This document shows positions 57,925 to 64,000 of a stretch of DNA of 64,000 nt, in pieces; position 1 is the first letter of the stretch, and the number at the start of each line of letters is the position of its first letter. Source of the stretch: Schizosaccharomyces osmophilus. Lineage: Eukaryota. Below the pieces are notes generated by a model. It saw only the letters and a program-made list of their open reading frames with translations, ran no database searches and had not been told where the DNA came from. The position numbers and the translations under genes are program-made. The stretch spans positions 1,364,001 to 1,428,000 of the forward strand of contig NC_079240.1 of assembly GCF_027921745.1 (NCBI RefSeq). Direction: 5' to 3'.

Positions 57925-60116
57925 ATGAAAATTGACACAAACAACTTTATCCCTTCCAGAACCATACCGAAAGAAGCAGTTTCTACCCATGACGAAAAAA
58001 AAGTGACGCCAATTGATAGAGAAAAAGATCTATCTCCCAATATTCCTCAGTCTCATATTGGTCCCGAAGCACAAGGAAGAATTTTTTCTCGTTCTAGCTT
58101 GGATTGCTCGCCTGAAAACAGTGGTATGCATTCGCTGCAACTGTTAACAGAAACCCAGGTATTTGATGAATCTACAGATCCTTTTGCCCCTCAAACTGCG
58201 ACTTCAACTAGCTCCTTTTCGTATCATAGCCCATCCTCCGATGCAGAATTTTTAGAAAGACACGCCCCAACATCGGCGGGTGCCATTTCACCTACAAGCC
58301 CTGCCCCTATAAACCCAGAACACAAGTCCACCCTCCCGAACCGTCGTTTACAGCCCGAAAATCAATCCTCCAAAAACGATTCAAATGGCAAACGCAGTGA
58401 TGATCGCAAGGCCAGTTTATCAAATTCAGCTTTAGATGAAATTCCTCCTGACATTGGTTCCGCCAACTGGGCGGAAGCTGTTAAACAGAAGCGATTGAAC
58501 ATGAGACGTCGGCATGAGGAACTAGACGATGATTGCGTTTTAGTAGGAACACGTGTTTCTGAAGGCCATGAAAATTACGTTACCGCCTATAACATGCTCA
58601 CGGGTATTCGTGTAGGAGTTTCTCGATGTCAAGCAAAAATGGACCGAGCTCTGACACCAACCGACTTTGGCTCTCGACACAAGTATACCTTTGATATAAC
58701 TGGCAACGAGCTTACACCTTCCGCTAAATATGATTTTAAATTCAAAGACTATGCGCCTTGGGTATTTCGCCATTTGCGACAGCTCTTCCATCTAGATGCT
58801 GCGGATTATCTTGTATCGCTCACTAGTAAATACATTCTTTCTGAACTTGATTCTCCCGGAAAGAGTGGCTCTTTCTTTTACTTTTCACGAGATTATCGCT
58901 TCATAATCAAGACTATTCACCGTTCCGAACATAAATTTTTACGAGAAATTCTTTATGATTATTATGAGCATGTCAAAAATAATCCGAATACGTTGATTTC
59001 ACAATTTTATGGTTTGCATAGAGTAAAACTTCCATTTGGACGCAAAATTCATTTTGTGGTTATGAATAATCTTTTTCCTCCGCATCGCGATATTCATCAA
59101 ACATTTGATTTGAAGGGATCGACACTGGGGCGTGAATTAAATGAAGAAATACCTTCTCAAAATCCGATGTGTACGATGAAGGATACAAACTGGTTACGCA
59201 GAGATATGCATCTTCAATTTGGTCCTTTAAAACGTCAGATATTTTTGACTCAGGTTAAAGCCGATATTGATTTGCTTTCTTCTTTAGGTATAATGGATTA
59301 CAGTCTTTTAGTAGGTATTCATGATCTTAGTCGTGGAAATCGGGATAAAATACGAAATAGCATATTATCCGTTTATGATCCCAATGTTTCACATCACCAA
59401 GTTCCGTCCACAGGCGTTGGTGAATCAAATGCTCACCTTCTTCGGCAAGTTGTGAATAGCACTGGACCAGTTTCGCTGGATAGGTCGTGCAACCGTCTTC
59501 CAAGCAACCAATTTATGGAGTACGTAAACTTATTTTAATATTTTTTACTGACTGATTATCAGAAGAAGTAACTTTATGTTCTATAGTGATGATGGTGGTT
59601 TTCAAGCTACCGATGAAATGAACCAACCTGCGAATCATATATTTTACATTGGTATTATCGATTTACTTACGAAGGTTTGTTCATCTAACATGTATTATCG
59701 TTTACTAACCATTCCAGTATTCCTACGTTAAAAAAGCTGAGCATTTATGGAAAGGCATCAATCATTCCGAGTCAGCAATTTCTGCCGTTCCCCCGCCTGA
59801 GTATGCCAACCGATTTTACAAATTTATTGAGACCGGCATAAAGCCAAATCATCTAACTTTAAAACCTGTTCCGATGTTCAAACAACAGAACGATAACGTT
59901 GTCCTTGTAAGCAACCACCAAAACGGAAATGACAAGGAAACCGAGGAGTCCTCTACGAAATCAAAACCTAAATCAAGAGAAGGTCAATTAAATCCTCAAC
60001 AAAGCCCTTCACGAAAAAAAAGCTCATCCCCAATTCAGAAGGCATCGGTTTCTCCTAAACGGTTTCCTTTTATACGACCCAACGTAACTGGCAACAATTT
60101 ATCACAAACTAAATAA
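57925..60116 (+). CDS. its3: PI4P 5-kinase Its3/Mss4; exons 57925-59519, 59563-59674, 59718-60116
   Basis: DFKFKDYAPWVF, SPGKSGSFFY, FDLKGS, IMDYSLLVG, GIIDLL. Confidence 0.95.
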
Positions 60117-60495
60117 TAGTAATTTTGAAGTGCGACCAACTATTCTAATGCATTGAGATGTTTATGCTTTGTTCTTGTATATAATCACTAATCTATCATT
60201 TCGTTATTTCTAGGATAAAAGAGCAAGTTTCTAATAATATTTTTTAGACCAGGATTTTTTTATTCAAAGACATATCACTAGAGCTTGTTTTTTAATTTAA
60301 AAAAAAATAATTAAAATTCATAATTTTCAAACGAGTAGGAATCACAATGATCACTTGGTACTATTATTACAATGTCCCCCCTTGGTAACTGTTTTGAGAT
60401 TTTCGTAGAGTAAAACTCGGTGTTGATCCCTTCATTAAAAGTGTATATAAATATTTGATTAATCGATTTCATAATGCCAAATACGTTATTTCTTA

Positions 60496-63000
60496 TTAAG
60501 TAGCGGCAGCAAGTTTAGCAAGCTCAGTTGCATCAGTAAGGTCAGCAAGGTCAGCAAGAAAATCGACAACATTTTCAGCTTCAGGAATACACCAATCCGC
60601 AACTGTAAGCTTGTGCGGAGAACCGACAGTAACAGCAAATGATGAATTCTTATTTATACGATTGGATTTTTTATTTAAAGAACGAAACATATCCTCATCT
60701 GTTCTATCATCGCCCGCGCAAAAAATAAAAGATGGAGTGGATTCATCAGATTTAGAAGACAAAATCTGCTTAACAATACCACCTTTATTAATACTAGAAG
60801 GTCGTACTTCAATATTTGCTTTGCCTCTCATAATCTCAACATCAAACCTGGAGCAAACCATCTCCTCAATTAATGTTTCACATTCAATTGCTTGAAATGA
60901 ACCATTCTCAGGATCAGCTTTGCGATAATGCCAAGTCATACCACAACGCTTCTCTTCAATAGAGGAACCTTGGGTACGATCAGTGAAATATTGAAAAATC
61001 TGTTTGACGTCTTTCTTCCAAGACAGGTCAAGCAATTCTGCCAAATTTGTCCATTTATCGCTGTGAGGCTGACGAACAAAACTGCCATGCTCAGCAGAAA
61101 GACCAAGACCATTAATGTCGTTCATATACTGCCGCAGGAACTTTTGATCACGACCAGAAATAATCCATACCTCGTTTCGTTCGTCGGCGGAAAGTTTTCT
61201 AAGAGAATCTAATAACTTTTCAGATGGTACGGCCGCATTCGGATCTCGAACGATCGGAGTCAAAGTTCCGTCGTAATCTAACATGAACAAACGACGAGAA
61301 GCTTCTTTGTATAACGAAGTAGCGTGACCATAATCCAATACTGGTGTCAGGTCACCAGACTTTGAAGCAGCTAATTTATTTGCCAAAGTACGGATTAACG
61401 AAGATGTCCAGGACTGCATGGTATAAGTCGTGACTTGCTTGTAAGATTCATGCTGGATACTTTTTCTCTTCTCAAGGGACATACTTAAGACTTGATCAAT
61501 GATATCCGCAGTCTCGTTGTGATCCCAAGGGTTAATTAAAGGAACGTCGTGCAACATAGCAGAAGTACCCGTAAACTCTGACAACATAACTACGCCCCAG
61601 CGATCCCTTTGACAGACGACATACTCCAATGCAATGTTGCTGATACCTTCACGGATGCTGTTAATAAAGAGGGAATCTGCGAATGCAAGAAGAGCGAAAT
61701 AATCAATAGCGTCTATTTGATCTTGATAATAAATAATCGGCTTATAATTTTCAGAACCGTAGAGAGAGTTTGTTTGATCAATGAGTCTATGAATATGAGA
61801 AGAAAGCTTTGGGTGACGGAACGCCGAGGAAATCGTAATTTGAATTAAAACAACTTTGCCACGCCACTCTGGATATTGTCTTAATAAGCGTTGAAAAGAA
61901 ATGATTTTTTGAGGAACACCAAAAATTTCGTCTAAACGGTCACGACCAAGAATAACTTTCATACCCGCATACTTGGACGAGAGCTCATCGATTTTTGTAG
62001 AGACAGCAGCACTGCCACTTGATCGAATAACTCGTGGGACGTCAATTCCTACAGTAAGGGGACGGACGATGACACGCTTGGAATTATAGGAAACCCAATC
62101 ATGACCACTTTCAAATCCTAAAACACGAGTACAGCAGCTGATAAAATGACGAGCATAAGAATAATCTTCGAATCCAACAAAATCGCATTCCAGCAAAGCA
62201 TGAAGGATAGCATTCCGTCTAGGGAAGCATCTCGCAATTTCAGAACTTGGGAAGGGATGATGATGATAAAAGGCAATGACAGCGTCAGGGATCTTTTCGC
62301 GCACCAACTTGGGAACAAGAAAAAGAGAGTAATCCTGTACAAAGATCAAATCTCCAGGTGTATATGACTCACATATTTTCTCTGCAAACACTTCATTCAT
62401 GGTAACATAGTCGTTCCACCAGCGCTCTTCGTTTTCGTCCACTTCTGTGCTGGGCCAATATTTATAATGAATTAAGGGACGGATGACATTTTCAGCATAA
62501 GCAAGCCAGCGAGATTGAGAAGAGCGATCCTCACAAAGGATAACCTCTTCATCATGTTTTTCCTTGTGCGGACAACTAGTAAGCCAGACTGGGATATACT
62601 CTGTACGCTTGTCAGAGTTCCATTCTTTGTATGCAATTTCAAAATTTTTTACATCTTTTTTCGTAATTTCTGTTACAGACTCTCCACTCTCTTTACTTGA
62701 GTCATCGGGTATTATCGGAATCGCACCCGTCCATCCCACAAGCTTGGTTTTCCAGTATGTAGAGTTTGCAAGCCAATTCATGCTAGAATACATCGTCGCG
62801 GCCCCTCGACGACTTGTGAATTCCCACTCACGGGTTTTTTCATGAATCGTCGATTTGAACGGTAAATGTCGCAACACATAAGTGATGCATCCGCTCACCC
62901 CCAGACTTTTCAATTCTTGAGGATCCAGTAAGTCTCCAGACAGTTCGTATACATTTTCGCGTTTAAAATTCGTCGGTGATTTTGACGCGTGAGGGTTCAT
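60496..63000 (-). CDS. tpp1: Trehalose-6-phosphate phosphatase (GT20 + HAD)
   Basis: GT20-like N-terminal domain; HAD motifs DYDGTL, IISGR, GDDRTDEDMF. Confidence 0.94.
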   Translation of the reverse strand: MNPHASKSPTNFKRENVYELSGDLLDPQELKSLGVSGCITYVLRHLPFKSTIHEKTREWEFTSRRGAATMYSSMNWLANSTYWKTKLVGWTGAIPIIPDDSSKESGESVTEITKKDVKNFEIAYKEWNSDKRTEYIPVWLTSCPHKEKHDEEVILCEDRSSQSRWLAYAENVIRPLIHYKYWPSTEVDENEERWWNDYVTMNEVFAEKICESYTPGDLIFVQDYSLFLVPKLVREKIPDAVIAFYHHHPFPSSEIARCFPRRNAILHALLECDFVGFEDYSYARHFISCCTRVLGFESGHDWVSYNSKRVIVRPLTVGIDVPRVIRSSGSAAVSTKIDELSSKYAGMKVILGRDRLDEIFGVPQKIISFQRLLRQYPEWRGKVVLIQITISSAFRHPKLSSHIHRLIDQTNSLYGSENYKPIIYYQDQIDAIDYFALLAFADSLFINSIREGISNIALEYVVCQRDRWGVVMLSEFTGTSAMLHDVPLINPWDHNETADIIDQVLSMSLEKRKSIQHESYKQVTTYTMQSWTSSLIRTLANKLAASKSGDLTPVLDYGHATSLYKEASRRLFMLDYDGTLTPIVRDPNAAVPSEKLLDSLRKLSADERNEVWIISGRDQKFLRQYMNDINGLGLSAEHGSFVRQPHSDKWTNLAELLDLSWKKDVKQIFQYFTDRTQGSSIEEKRCGMTWHYRKADPENGSFQAIECETLIEEMVCSRFDVEIMRGKANIEVRPSSINKGGIVKQILSSKSDESTPSFIFCAGDDRTDEDMFRSLNKKSNRINKNSSFAVTVGSPHKLTVADWCIPEAENVVDFLADLADLTDATELAKLAAAT

Positions 63001-63217
63001 TGGTTTTCTATACTCCTTTACTTTGGTTTGGAACGGCCCAATTTTTAAGGATTGATTTTTGAGTTATCTTTTTCACTTCCAAGGTTATAAATTTCCCTTT
63101 TTTTCTATAAAACCTCTACTTTTGATTGTAATAGAGTTGTTTATGTCGTCGTTGGTTTAAGGAGGATTCAATAATCGCAAAACCGTATGTCACTTTCCAC
63201 AAAACAACATACCTAAT

Positions 63218-63225
63218 TTACGTCA
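63218..63225. promoter_or_regulatory. CRE-like Atf1 site (TTACGTCA) upstream of tpp1
   Basis: Motif match ~220 bp upstream of a stress-response gene. Confidence 0.5.
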
Positions 63226-64000
63226 CCCCTAAATCAATTTACTAAATTTGAAGACATAATAGTCGATTGAAAAGGAAACAGAAAGAATAAAGAAATTTTT
63301 TGTGTTGCCATCCTTGTGCTATATCTGTTTTCTTTATTCGCAGTTTTTACTGATCCGGTAGTTAGTTGAGTAAACCAATATTCTTTTTAATACGGTCTAT
63401 TTACTGAACTTGCTTATTTCTATAAGAAAAACTTCTATATTCTATGTACTTCAGTTAAAAATAAGGAAACTATGAAAAACGAAAAGATGAAACCAGGAAT
63501 TATTAGACCGGAAACAATATAAATGAAAGGTAAACAACGTATTTGACGAAATACGAAACATATAATAACACAATTGTCCAATTAAACCAGACTTCCAGCA
63601 CTGCGAATAGCACTTTCTGGAATAAATATATAAAATGGTAATAAATCCAACAATGAATTGTCTGCCCGTCACCAGATATGCCCTTTGTATATACAAAGCT
63701 AAATAAAAAAATTCAATCATCACGAAACGAATGCGCACAAACAAAACTTTGCTTGCATTTTTGAAAAGAAGCAATTAATTTTGGTCATGAAGTCGTGATT
63801 ATTGGGAATCCTCGGGTATAAATTGAAATGCCAATATAATATGTGAGATTATCAAAATCTCTTAATACAACTTGTATGGCCAGCATACAAGATAAATATG
63901 CATTTAAAGCTCAGCTCTTGCCTCGTATAAATAACCTTACAAAAGGACAATCAATGATGTCAAGATGAAAAGGAGAGAAGCATAGCTGATGCTCACTGTG

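Overview
Eukaryotic (fission yeast) genomic DNA: a gene-dense, intron-containing region of a non-pombe Schizosaccharomyces, most likely of the octosporus/cryophilus/osmophilus group. Gene order matches my recollection of the S. pombe chromosome I block SPAC27E2-SPAPJ698-SPAC19G12: alpha-amylase homolog, yih1, ola1, a small secreted glycoprotein, cdc1, msm1, pvg2, mak2, rfc3, rps0, prp12, cut20, pms1, cda1, ureidoglycolate lyase, citrate carrier, hta2, rsd1, scs7, tRNA-Leu, aldo-keto reductase, cpy1, erh1, coq9, dlp1, poz1, its3, tpp1. I resolved exon structures by hand from GT..CTRAY..AG signals, including a 6-exon erh1 gene absent from the ORF track. No transposon, LTR, rDNA or CRISPR was seen. 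Main leads: a 2.5-kb non-coding interval rich in meiotic motifs (candidate omt3/mamRNA-type lncRNA locus), cut20 with four of four AAG acceptors, a PuuE-type allantoinase next to ureidoglycolate lyase, a 90-aa heavily glycosylated GPI-like microprotein, GC gradients in genes flanking large intergenic regions, and MCB boxes in the hta2 promoter. Ortholog names come from memory of protein sequences, not from database searches.
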